Position numbers and translations under genes: made by a program
Notes under the pieces: model-generated
Seen by the model: the letters and a program-made list of their open reading frames with translations, nothing else
Database searches by the model: none
What the model was told of the DNA's origin: nothing
Virus record (IMG/VR): IMGVR_UViG_3300033434_000004
Coordinates: 1-50,283 of that record
DNA: 50,283 nt
From: a virus
Lineage: Duplodnaviria > Caudoviricetes
Direction: 5' to 3' (one strand)
In this document: piece after piece, positions 36,990 to 45,434 of the stretch
Numbering within the stretch: the stretch's first letter is position 1
How the letters are laid out: every line of letters begins with the position of its first letter

Positions 36990-37634
36990 TCAAATATAAC
37001 CCAATTCAATAGCAATAGCGGTGATTATAGCCTTTTTCCAGCGTCTAAGAGTCCTGGCCTCTATGCACAGGTCATTGGTAATTCCTTCGTCTGTGAGCTT
37101 CTTGTCCCAATACTTGAGTTTGATCAACCTCTGCTTGTCTTGGCTGCAGCTATTGTATACGCCCTGAATAGCCTCTACCAGGGATTCCAACCTCTTCAGC
37201 CGTCTATCAGTCATCAGTCGGGTTGCCTTTGCAGCAGTAGGGTTACTCAGCCCTGTACCTCTTATACCAGAATCATCAAACACCGGAGCATCGTTTATAA
37301 TGTCGCGCCTTAGCTGCTCGACTTCTTTAAGCGTGGCCTTGAACCCTCTTAGCTCGGCCTCGATGTAGCAGAACATTTCCCGGCTCATCCGGGTATCAAC
37401 AGCTTTGGCGACCATCTTAGGGTGATCAACGTCCAGGCCGTCGCACATAGAAGCGCACCAAGCACTATGCAGGAAGTTCTTCGCGTCACAAAATACCGGA
37501 TTATGCCCGCTTGTACAGGTATTATAGAATTCACAAGTAGGTAGACAGTTCTTCGGTGCCTTCGTGTAGTCATTATAAGCCTGCTTGAGTACCGTAGCCA
37601 ACAGCCGTTTAGCGCCAACATCATCTATAGCCAT
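36990..37634 (-). CDS. RinA/ArpU-family late transcriptional activator with extra N-terminal domain
   Basis: SNPTAAKATRL...LIKLKYWD...TLRRWKKAII..IAIELG; directly upstream of terS. Confidence 0.8.
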   Translation of the reverse strand: MAIDDVGAKRLLATVLKQAYNDYTKAPKNCLPTCEFYNTCTSGHNPVFCDAKNFLHSAWCASMCDGLDVDHPKMVAKAVDTRMSREMFCYIEAELRGFKATLKEVEQLRRDIINDAPVFDDSGIRGTGLSNPTAAKATRLMTDRRLKRLESLVEAIQGVYNSCSQDKQRLIKLKYWDKKLTDEGITNDLCIEARTLRRWKKAIITAIAIELGYI

Positions 37635-37699
37635 TTATCTCACAACTCCTATTTTGCTTTTCGTGTAACTACAGTCTAGCACAATGCTGGGTAGGAAGT

Positions 37700-37993
37700 C
37701 TACAGCTTTAGAGAGCCTAACCCGTATATGAAAAGATTTATTTTGAAACGCCTTCTTAAACATTTTAGTAAAAAGAAATTATCTCTCTTAATACTATTAT
37801 TGATTCTTAATACTGTTATTCTAAATTATATTATTATTACTATTATTATTACTACTGTTATTAGTACTAAAAAAATATATAAGTTGTTTTTAAAATAGCG
37901 GGTTTACTTTTGGTTTTTAGTCTGTTACTAGCTGTAAACAAATAATGCTCTATATGGGTTCTAAAAAAAAGCCTTTTATATATATATTTCTGC
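37700..37993. repeat. AT-rich non-coding element, copy B (inverted relative to copy A)
   Basis: Homology to 1454-1705; TAT/TAC microrepeats. Confidence 0.7.
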
Positions 37994-38449
37994 CCCACAA
38001 GCTACAAACCCAGTAAATCCGCCTATCGAAGCCTCATACACCTGCCAAACGGCAAATAGCTATTGCCTTATGCCTTTAGGTGCTTGTTACCAGACTTATA
38101 CCCCTTGCCGTTTAGCGGAGGTAAAACAGGCTAAAAAAGCTGTAAATCCCCCAACTATATCCATATATTACCTATTCTAACTATTCACAATAATATAAAT
38201 TATGTACACAAATCTTGCGTGTCCTTCCCATGTGTACTTTTTGAAGGTCGGTGTCCATTTCGCTCCCGAAAAACTGCCGCCAGACGACAAGCGAAACCCG
38301 TCAAACGGCAAAATAGAGCCTGAAAAGTCCTGTCAAACGGCCAGCGAAATCTGCCGTGTAACTTTTTTATTTTGATATGCGTCAAATTACTCGCAGGAAG
38401 TTTCTTACCTTTTCCAGTAAATATATGTGTGTAAGGAGTTGATAATAAT

Positions 38450-38731
38450 ATGAACATATCCGATTTTTCATCTAAAGCACGCCGAAAACCTCGAAGCAAG
38501 CGGCCCCCTAGGTGGTCTGATACTGGGGAGAAGAACCCTGCACTAATGGAGGCTATCCCGGTTTCCGACGCTTCTGCTGAATGGGACGTGACACGAAGTG
38601 CCATAAATGCGGCCTGTAGTGCGGGCAACTTCCCTCCAAAGGAGTTTATTAAAGTCAAGAACGGCTATTTGGTTACGCGTACCGGTATGACAATGGCATA
38701 CGGAAAGCCTTTAAAGGAAGATGGTGACTAG
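38450..38731 (+). CDS. HTH DNA-binding protein (paralogue of 1017-1214)
   Basis: DASAEWDVTRSAINAAC..G.FP...YLVTRTGM..AYGKP; AAGGAG RBS. Confidence 0.75.
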   Translation: MNISDFSSKARRKPRSKRPPRWSDTGEKNPALMEAIPVSDASAEWDVTRSAINAACSAGNFPPKEFIKVKNGYLVTRTGMTMAYGKPLKEDGD

Positions 38732-38733
38732 CC

Positions 38734-39174
38734 TTGTACATAGCACACATAAAACGCTCAATTGATTATTCCACTGACGAGTACGCCTACGTACTTAAAT
38801 TTCAGCAAGACAATAAGTTCCCTGACTTCTCTCGTGCTGCCGCTTACAGTTCAGCTAGGTACTCAGCGGCAAGTGAGGCGTGCGACGAGGTTTTTAATAG
38901 CTGTGAACGTGCTACTAAAAATTGCCAATCGTGTATCTGTTTACCTCACATAGAGGGGTTAGACATATTAACTAAAGAGGCTAGACATAGCGCTGCTTAT
39001 GCTGTACTGTCTATAACAGAGGCTGGGAAGATGTATGGTAAATCCCGGTCAGCAATTTTACGTGACATTAATACTGGGTTTCTGCCTCCTGCTGCTTGCC
39101 GCACTTTCGATGGTGATAATTGGATTATAACTAAAAAGGCACTGCGTGACGCATATGGTAAACCACAATGCTAA
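38734..39174 (+). CDS. Protein with C-terminal HTH of the same family
   Basis: LSITEAGKMYGKSRSAILRDI..G.LP...WIITKKALRDAYGKP. Confidence 0.7.
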   Translation: MYIAHIKRSIDYSTDEYAYVLKFQQDNKFPDFSRAAAYSSARYSAASEACDEVFNSCERATKNCQSCICLPHIEGLDILTKEARHSAAYAVLSITEAGKMYGKSRSAILRDINTGFLPPAACRTFDGDNWIITKKALRDAYGKPQC

Positions 39175-39383
39175 CCCCCACCCTCATCCGCCTCGAATAC
39201 AAAGGTCAGCACTACATCATCCCAGACACGTGGACAGATCATAATATCTTGGGTTACTGCTGGAATGAGGGTAATTGGAGTTGTGACTGTAACCGGAGCA
39301 GCTTCATTAAACAGTATTGTGATCCTTCTTTTCCTGTACTGCCCTGCGGGGACAACATTAAATTAGTAGAGATTGAAGAATAA
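39168..39383 (+). CDS. Hypothetical protein
   Basis: W.EGNWSCDCNR motif; coupled to upstream gene. Confidence 0.65.
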   Translation: MLTPTLIRLEYKGQHYIIPDTWTDHNILGYCWNEGNWSCDCNRSSFIKQYCDPSFPVLPCGDNIKLVEIEE

Positions 39384-39384
39384 A

Positions 39385-39422
39385 CAAAAAGAACCACGAC
39401 AACCATATGTCGTGGTTCTTTT
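39385..39422. terminator. Bidirectional terminator between convergent genes
   Basis: AAAAGAACCACGACA/TGTCGTGGTTCTTTT. Confidence 0.85.
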
Positions 39423-39476
39423 CTACTAATCGTGGAATTCTAGATTCACGTTGCCTTTGCTCTTTTAGTGAAAGGC

Positions 39477-40307
39477 TTACAACTCTGCTCTAGCCCTTGC
39501 ATACGCCTTATTAGTTCGACTGTCTAACGCTGGGATGTCGTAAGTCATGTAGGTATCAACGCTGTGGTCGTCTCTATATACTCGCTTGCATTCCCGAATA
39601 CCGTTACAGTGGCAGGTGTCAAGCACGTAGCCTTTAATAACGCTGTAGGTGTCCAGCGAAACACAATGCTCGTATTCTTTGTCGTACCACACTACGCAAC
39701 GGTTATTGGAAGAACCTTCTTCCTTAACTTCTGTTCCTCGGAAGGTTTTCAGCCACGCCTTATAGTCTTCTTCCTTTTTAAATGCCATGTTTTTGCCAAA
39801 CCACTGGTAGCCGTCTTCATCCGGTTTTCCATGGTTATAGATGTACTGCTTATTATAGAATTCAGTCGAGTAATCTTGTTCGTTGACGTTGCACTCCCAT
39901 AGATTGACTTTAGCTGTGAAGTTTACTCCCTCGTAGGGGCCTGCTCCGCGGGAACCCCACGTCCAGAACTTTGTTTCGGTTTTGCCTCTAAGCTTAAAAT
40001 GGGACTTGTCAATATCGTTCCACGCACCTCCGGCTGTGCTTATGCTGTGGTTGCCATAGTGAGCATATCCTCCTGATTGACAAAGGGTCACAGTTTCTTT
40101 CGTGGAACCATAGTTGGGGTTAACGTTGGCTCTGGGGCTGAATTCGCCGTACTTATTGGTGTACCTTACTATATCCCCATAAGTAGGCGCTGCGGCGTTC
40201 CTGTCGCCCTCAATGTCGGTTATGCAGCGGTTTATCTTAGCTACTGTTGATTCATCAATATGGTCATTGGTTGGGTTGATTTCCTTTAGTGAAGCTAGTG
40301 TGTACAT
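39477..40307 (-). CDS. DUF4121-like protein
   Basis: STAGGAW...FWTWG..GAG...GV.F.AKVNLWE; GAGGAGGAG RBS. Confidence 0.75.
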   Translation of the reverse strand: MYTLASLKEINPTNDHIDESTVAKINRCITDIEGDRNAAAPTYGDIVRYTNKYGEFSPRANVNPNYGSTKETVTLCQSGGYAHYGNHSISTAGGAWNDIDKSHFKLRGKTETKFWTWGSRGAGPYEGVNFTAKVNLWECNVNEQDYSTEFYNKQYIYNHGKPDEDGYQWFGKNMAFKKEEDYKAWLKTFRGTEVKEEGSSNNRCVVWYDKEYEHCVSLDTYSVIKGYVLDTCHCNGIRECKRVYRDDHSVDTYMTYDIPALDSRTNKAYARARAEL

Positions 40308-40460
40308 TTTAGCTCCTCCTCATCTTTTCTAGAAACGCTTCTAGCTGTAATTTCTCTTCCGGCGTGATTCGCTTCGTGAACTGCGAAGTACGGTTTGTTG
40401 TTCTTATCCCCGGTTTGCGGCCCTGATTTCTACCGGGACCGCCTCTGCCTGTTGGTTTAT

Positions 40461-40751
40461 TCATGCTTCTTTCTCGTTTTTCATTCTATTCTCTAGTTCT
40501 TTAAAGCTGTAAGCGGTTCCCTTAACGCATAAATAATCACTATGGAGTGTATCTTTATCCCTTCTGTTTAGTGCCGCGTTCGTGGCTGTGGAACACCACC
40601 CGATAAAATTTAGTGTGTACCGGCAGTTCGGATTATTGTTTTCATCTGTTAGGTAAGCTATAAACGCATTTCGTTTTTCTTCTGTATCTAGCTTACTCAT
40701 GATTTCCTTTGCTTGTGATATTATACTACTTATTAGTTCAGCTTTTGTCAC
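40461..40751 (-). CDS. Hypothetical protein
   Basis: AAGGGAAG RBS; operon context. Confidence 0.6.
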   Translation of the reverse strand: MTKAELISSIISQAKEIMSKLDTEEKRNAFIAYLTDENNNPNCRYTLNFIGWCSTATNAALNRRDKDTLHSDYLCVKGTAYSFKELENRMKNEKEA

Positions 40752-40783
40752 TCTGCTTCCCTTCTGTACATCTATTATTGACT

Positions 40784-41077
40784 TTAGATATGGTTTGTTG
40801 ATATCGCGAAGTCCCTAATAACATTATAAACTGTGTCGTAACCGTTCATTTCAGGTATAAATAGGTTTCCGATGTGTTCTGCGGTATCCATCGCGGCTTG
40901 GGTATCACCATTCCTATTAATGACTAAGAGAGCCCCAAAGATAACATTTTCGATTATCTGGCGTTCTACTTTAGTAGTCGCTCTACGTTCATCATAACTA
41001 GTACCACCAGTGTAGGTTCTAATTACTATTGTTTTACTATGTTCCTGTGCATATTCCTTCAGTTGTTGTTCAGTCAT
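40784..41077 (-). CDS. Hypothetical protein
   Basis: GAGGGAGG RBS; first gene after leftward promoter. Confidence 0.75.
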   Translation of the reverse strand: MTEQQLKEYAQEHSKTIVIRTYTGGTSYDERRATTKVERQIIENVIFGALLVINRNGDTQAAMDTAEHIGNLFIPEMNGYDTVYNVIRDFAISTNHI

Positions 41078-41110
41078 TTTATTTCCTCCCTCGTTTTTGT
41101 CTATACCCGT

Positions 41111-41316
41111 ATCTTACCATGTATATTGATATAACGCAAGCAGTATTTTAAAAATCTTTTACGAATCGTGAAATAAGTATGCCGTACCTCGCGGCTAAGA
41201 GGCATTTAAAAGCTGTAAATAACGCTTTCCTTCTATAAATGCACACGAAACACAAAATAATTTTAAACGAATCGTGAAATTAATGCTTGACAATTACACG
41301 CTAGGTATAATAAGAT
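41111..41316. promoter_or_regulatory. Divergent promoter pair with clustered operators
   Basis: Minus: TTGCGT-N17-TAAGAT with extended TG (41111-41139); plus: TTGACA-N18-TAAGAT (41287-41316); four 17-bp operator-like sites. Confidence 0.75.
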
Positions 41317-41362
41317 AGGAACAAGAAAGCAAGGAACACGAAATACGGGGGCGGTAAAGATT

Positions 41363-41536
41363 ATGATATTGAATGCATGTGCTAGAAGTAATAAAATGGT
41401 GGACGAAAACGTCTGTAAGAGCTGCGAAAACAAAGGTTGTCGGCACGCTGGGGAGCCTACCACTAAGGAAAGGCTGGACATATACACTTATGGTACAGCC
41501 AAGTACTGGGACGGGGAAAAGGATAACGCTATCTAG
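41363..41536 (+). CDS. 57-aa Cys-containing hypothetical (not in ORF track)
   Basis: GGGGGCGG RBS; MILNACARSNKMVDENVCKSCENKGCRHAG... Confidence 0.65.
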   Translation: MILNACARSNKMVDENVCKSCENKGCRHAGEPTTKERLDIYTYGTAKYWDGEKDNAI

Positions 41537-41574
41537 TGCAGAGTAACTAAGATTAATAACAGGAGGCGGTAAGG

Positions 41575-41970
41575 GTGATAACATTAACAAACGGTGATCA
41601 AGTAAGACTAGCTGCTTGGGAACACGCCAGTGTACCTGTAACAACAGTTAGGGGGTATGCAGCAGAATACAAGGAGAACCCGGAAACAACCTATCAAAGA
41701 GCTGTAGAACGTGGCCACAATACAGCGTGGACAACTTTCACAGGTCATATGCTTTACGGAAACGCTGAAGAGGGACGCAGGGCGCTGGCTGAACGGCGGG
41801 CAAAGTATGATAAGGCAGTTGTAGTGGAGGATGGTGAGCAGGTAGAAATTGAGGGTGAAATCTTTACGGTGAAAGTTCTTCCGAGGAACGAGAAGGCACC
41901 CTATAATAGTGATCCGATTCATTTCGTGAAGTACATAGTGGTACCGCCTGCCACTGAGGAGGTAAAGTAA
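41575..41970 (+). CDS. Hypothetical protein
   Basis: AGGAGG RBS. Confidence 0.75.
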   Translation: MITLTNGDQVRLAAWEHASVPVTTVRGYAAEYKENPETTYQRAVERGHNTAWTTFTGHMLYGNAEEGRRALAERRAKYDKAVVVEDGEQVEIEGEIFTVKVLPRNEKAPYNSDPIHFVKYIVVPPATEEVK

Positions 41971-41971
41971 T

Positions 41972-42160
41972 ATGAAGTATTTTGAGGTACTCTACAAAAA
42001 TTGTTTTGGTGATCAAAAGCAGGCTTTAGTTGCGACTCCCCACAATTCTCCTGAAATACCAACTTCGGATTTCAATTTTAATTGGAACGGCAATCGACTT
42101 ATTGGGTATCACAAAACTGATCAGCGTTGTTTTGCAGAGAACATTTATCATAAATATTAA
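41972..42160 (+). CDS. Hypothetical protein
   Basis: GAGGAGGT RBS. Confidence 0.7.
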   Translation: MKYFEVLYKNCFGDQKQALVATPHNSPEIPTSDFNFNWNGNRLIGYHKTDQRCFAENIYHKY

Positions 42161-42161
42161 G

Positions 42162-42222
42162 CGCAGAGTGACAGGGATTAACTTCCCTGGTAATGCTGGC
42201 AGGCAGACCGTTACAACCACGG
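42162..42222 (+). ncRNA. Twister-ribozyme-like RNA (circularly permuted), copy 1
   Basis: GCA-GA-GUGA-[CAGGGA/UCCCUG]-G-UAA-UGC-U-GG...CCG-UUAC-AA-CC-A-CGG; T1 and T2 pseudoknot pairings possible. Confidence 0.55.
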
Positions 42223-42254
42223 ATAGCCGAGCATATATGAAAGGGTGATTATTA

Positions 42255-42458
42255 ATGGGAAATAAATCGTTTATTGGGATAAACATGAATCAATTCCACC
42301 GTAATCAGGTATCGGCAGGTACAAAGGTTGGTATGAAGTTCGTCGTGGCGTGTAATGCTTTTCATGCACAGAGGTATCTTGAAGCGGAGTACCCAAACAT
42401 TGCTTGGTCGGTTATACCTAAAGCGATACTGGATAAAGGCTTATTTCCAAAACAATAG
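42255..42458 (+). CDS. Hypothetical protein
   Basis: AAGGGTGA RBS. Confidence 0.65.
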   Translation: MGNKSFIGINMNQFHRNQVSAGTKVGMKFVVACNAFHAQRYLEAEYPNIAWSVIPKAILDKGLFPKQ

Positions 42459-42470
42459 GGGGCGGTAAAG

Positions 42471-42659
42471 GTGAAATATTACGTAATAAGTAGATTTTAT
42501 GATAACGGCCACGTTACTGGGTCCTTAGTTCATGGGAAGGATTACGCTGGCCAGCAAGACGAGTCTACCTGTGAGTATGACCAGTATGTCAATTGTTTTA
42601 ATAGCTTAGGTGAGGCTGTGTTGAAGGTAAGCATGATTAGGAATAGATTTGCAGCTTAA
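42471..42659 (+). CDS. Hypothetical protein
   Basis: GGGGGCGG RBS. Confidence 0.65.
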   Translation: MKYYVISRFYDNGHVTGSLVHGKDYAGQQDESTCEYDQYVNCFNSLGEAVLKVSMIRNRFAA

Positions 42660-42683
42660 TAAATAAAGTGGGGGGCGGTAATA

Positions 42684-42887
42684 GTGGCAAAGTGTAAGTG
42701 TGGTAACGACATGTTTTATGCCCATCAGCTAGTGCGTGTTGACGTGGTTGTGGACGAGATGGGAAATTTTGTAGAAAACCTTAACAGTACAATGGAAGCA
42801 AGCGTGTATGATGCAGAGCGTCCGTATGGTGGCTTTCGGTGTACGGAGTGCGGAACTGAATATGAGAACATACCTAGTGCAGAGTGA
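42684..42887 (+). CDS. Small zinc-ribbon protein
   Basis: CKCG...CTECG; GGGGGCGG RBS. Confidence 0.7.
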   Translation: MAKCKCGNDMFYAHQLVRVDVVVDEMGNFVENLNSTMEASVYDAERPYGGFRCTECGTEYENIPSAE

Positions 42888-42942
42888 CAGGGCTATAACC
42901 GCCCTGGTAGTGCGGGAGCCGAAAGGATGGGGTCACAACCCC
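42878..42942 (+). ncRNA. Twister-ribozyme-like RNA, copy 2
   Basis: UGCA-GA-GUGA-[CAGGGC/GCCCUG]-G-UAG-UGCG-GG-(CC GAAA GG)...GG-UCAC-AA-CC-CC. Confidence 0.55.
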
Positions 42943-42963
42943 GCTGTAAAAGGAGATGTATAC

Positions 42964-43401
42964 ATGTACAGAATCCCGAAATACGCTGTCCAGCTTGTTC
43001 GTGAGAAATCCGTTAGCTCAGAGGTAAAATCAATTAATCAACCCATTGACGTATACAACTTAATGCATCCGCTAGTCGAAATGCTGCCTGTCGAGCACTT
43101 TCAAATAGTTATGCTGGACTCGAAAAACAAGGTAATAGGCGTGTCAATGGTAACAACAGGCATTCTAAACGCATCAGTCATCCATCCCAGGGAGGTATTT
43201 CAACGCGCTATACTTGCTAACTGCGCCGCAATTATCCTCACACATAATCATCCAAGTGGAGATCCCGCTCCCAGTCAAGATGATATTAGCACCACTAAAA
43301 AGCTTGTAGAGTGTGGTAAGGTTATGGAAATCCCTGTGCTTGATCACATTGTTACAGGTGACGGTTGTTACGCAAGCATGAAAGCGGAGAATATTATATA
43401 A
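42964..43401 (+). CDS. radC: RadC-like JAB domain protein (start reassigned to MYRIP)
   Basis: E.F....LD.KN.VI...HPREVF...HNHPSGD..PS.DD...LDHIV; AGGAG RBS. Confidence 0.9.
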   Translation: MYRIPKYAVQLVREKSVSSEVKSINQPIDVYNLMHPLVEMLPVEHFQIVMLDSKNKVIGVSMVTTGILNASVIHPREVFQRAILANCAAIILTHNHPSGDPAPSQDDISTTKKLVECGKVMEIPVLDHIVTGDGCYASMKAENII

Positions 43402-43416
43402 GGAGTGTGCATAAAT

Positions 43417-43683
43417 ATGAAAGGCTTTCGTTTCGTTTTTGGTAACGACAAACCGGATAACACTATGGTTGGTTTCACAATTCGTGAAGAGTCGGAGGAA
43501 AAAGCTGTAGGGACCGCGCAAACAATAGTCGAGGCTTTAGACGTACTAGGCATTGAGTTAGGGGAATTTACTGTCCACACGCCGGATAAAGGTGATATAA
43601 AGTTAGAAGATGTTGTTGTCTATTTACCAGCACCATATGGCTACAAAGTAACCTCTAAGCTTATTGAGGACGAATGGGAATAA
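43417..43683 (+). CDS. Hypothetical acidic protein (start reassigned to MKGF)
   Basis: AAGGAG RBS. Confidence 0.65.
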   Translation: MKGFRFVFGNDKPDNTMVGFTIREESEEKAVGTAQTIVEALDVLGIELGEFTVHTPDKGDIKLEDVVVYLPAPYGYKVTSKLIEDEWE

Positions 43684-43689
43684 TAATTT

Positions 43690-43742
43690 TTATACGTTTC
43701 GTGAAACTTTTTCTTGACAATTACACGAATCGTATATATACT
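43690..43742 (+). promoter_or_regulatory. sigmaA promoter with two operators
   Basis: TTGACA-N17-TATACT (43714-43742); shares CTTGACAATTACACG with the 41287 promoter. Confidence 0.85.
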
Positions 43743-43776
43743 AGGGTTATCCAGTAAATAAAAGGGAGGTAACAAC

Positions 43777-43887
43777 GTGTTAGTGTTTACGAATAAGGTC
43801 GAGTTTTTACTCGCACTGCATATCAATTCAAGGAAACTTAAAGCTTGTAAGCTTCATAAGGGTGTTTACAGTATCAAGTTTTTATAG
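43777..43887 (+). CDS. 36-aa basic peptide (not in ORF track)
   Basis: GGGAGGT RBS before GTG, first ORF after promoter. Confidence 0.55.
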   Translation: MLVFTNKVEFLLALHINSRKLKACKLHKGVYSIKFL

Positions 43888-43915
43888 GTCAAGTTACACT
43901 AAAGGAGGAATATCA

Positions 43916-44167
43916 ATGGCAAAAAGACTAACTGCTGGAGAACGGCAGCGTAGATCCGAATTAGCGAAAAAGGCATTCTTCGGATTGAATAAACCTTTAG
44001 CAGATTATGTAGCAGCAGTAAACTATTGTAGCGATGGTTTAAAAATTTGGAAACCTAAAGCTTTAACGCTGCAAACGTACATAACAACCGTGTCCAGAAT
44101 GTCGGTAGAAGAGTTACAGGAGGTGCTAGTCGGTACCGAGTACTGTCCGCTAGGGAGAGTGGCGTGA
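43916..44167 (+). CDS. Hypothetical protein (start reassigned to MAKRL)
   Basis: AAGGAGG RBS. Confidence 0.7.
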   Translation: MAKRLTAGERQRRSELAKKAFFGLNKPLADYVAAVNYCSDGLKIWKPKALTLQTYITTVSRMSVEELQEVLVGTEYCPLGRVA

Positions 44168-44253
44168 AACCCGTCAGGGGCGTTACATAGCAATTATCAT
44201 TGCTACGCAGACGCCTTTCCGCTTAAGGACATAACAGTAAAGGGGATGGATTT

Positions 44254-44976
44254 ATGAGTTATGAAATCTTTTATAAGAGAGCATTTATTAAAGTTGGGGA
44301 TGACGCTTACATTCCAGTTGTTCAACACGGCAGCAATAACTGTTCCGAGTTTAACCATCTTGGGCGTGAAGTTTCTGAAAAGCATTGGGACTGCTTGAAC
44401 TACCCTAACAAGGGTAAGTTCATATTCACGGCTGAGGAACTTAAGGCATGGGCAAAGGTGTATGATGCATATGGTGAACATCACAAGTCGCGGCATACGT
44501 GCTTTAAAGAGGGGGAAATGGCGCGCTGGCTAGTTAATGGCATGAAGTCGGCGTTATCTCTTGAAGTGTACATACAGTGCGGTAATATGCTATGTGTTAC
44601 AAACTGGAGTAATTGGGATGATCAGCAGCACTACTACCCCTGCACCACGGAGGGCTTGCTAAATGTTATAGATAGCCATAAGGGTGTTAACGAGCTTAGT
44701 TTCCATTTCTCAGGTAAAGATCTTTATCTCCGAAAAAGGCAGAAAGCCTTAGATAAGTTACACAGGGCAGAGAAGGTAAGTCATTTTTATATTTTAAGTA
44801 ATCCAGAAGTAGGTAACTTCTACGGTCTTAAACCTGGTGGCTATCTATATACATCTGAAAACGTTTACCATAAGAAATTTAAAACAGAGAAGGCCGCTGC
44901 GGCTTACCTAAAGAGGTACGCCGACAGGCTTGCAGGTTTCAGTGTTCAGGAAATCCAAAAAGAAGCCTATTTATAA
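44254..44976 (+). CDS. Hypothetical protein
   Basis: AAGGGGA RBS; MSYEIFY.RAFIK...GSNNC N-terminus. Confidence 0.75.
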   Translation: MSYEIFYKRAFIKVGDDAYIPVVQHGSNNCSEFNHLGREVSEKHWDCLNYPNKGKFIFTAEELKAWAKVYDAYGEHHKSRHTCFKEGEMARWLVNGMKSALSLEVYIQCGNMLCVTNWSNWDDQQHYYPCTTEGLLNVIDSHKGVNELSFHFSGKDLYLRKRQKALDKLHRAEKVSHFYILSNPEVGNFYGLKPGGYLYTSENVYHKKFKTEKAAAAYLKRYADRLAGFSVQEIQKEAYL

Positions 44977-44979
44977 GGG

Positions 44980-45411
44980 GTGGATACAATGGAAAAGACG
45001 TGCCATACTTGCGATTACTGCACAACTGCTGACCATGTAGAACCTTGTTTTAGTTGTAGTGTTAATGATCAAGGACAGATGCATACAAATTGGAAGCCCC
45101 ATTCGCTTATAGTGGAACCAAAAGTAGAGGAACCTGTTATAAAGCTATGTCGCAATTGCCTGCATAAGGATATACCAGGCTGTGCTGAACCCTGTTTTGA
45201 GTGTTCGTTTGATGGTAGTCAATATCACAGAAAGTGGGAACCTGTAAAAGCTAACACACCTATAGCCTGCCCTTTCTGCTTGAATGACAGGATTAAAGAA
45301 GCGCGTTCCGCGTTTGTTGAAATTGGTGAGTACACTGGCGGTCATTACGAAGTTGAACTTTGGGTAACAGAGTACCGGTGTGGAAAGTGTCAAAAAACGT
45401 TCTTCGCATAA
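44980..45411 (+). CDS. Cys-rich multi-zinc-finger protein
   Basis: Two C..C......EPC..C...W.P repeats plus a CPFC/CGKC ribbon. Confidence 0.7.
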   Translation: MDTMEKTCHTCDYCTTADHVEPCFSCSVNDQGQMHTNWKPHSLIVEPKVEEPVIKLCRNCLHKDIPGCAEPCFECSFDGSQYHRKWEPVKANTPIACPFCLNDRIKEARSAFVEIGEYTGGHYEVELWVTEYRCGKCQKTFFA

Positions 45412-45434
45412 AAATACAAAAGGAGTGCATAACT

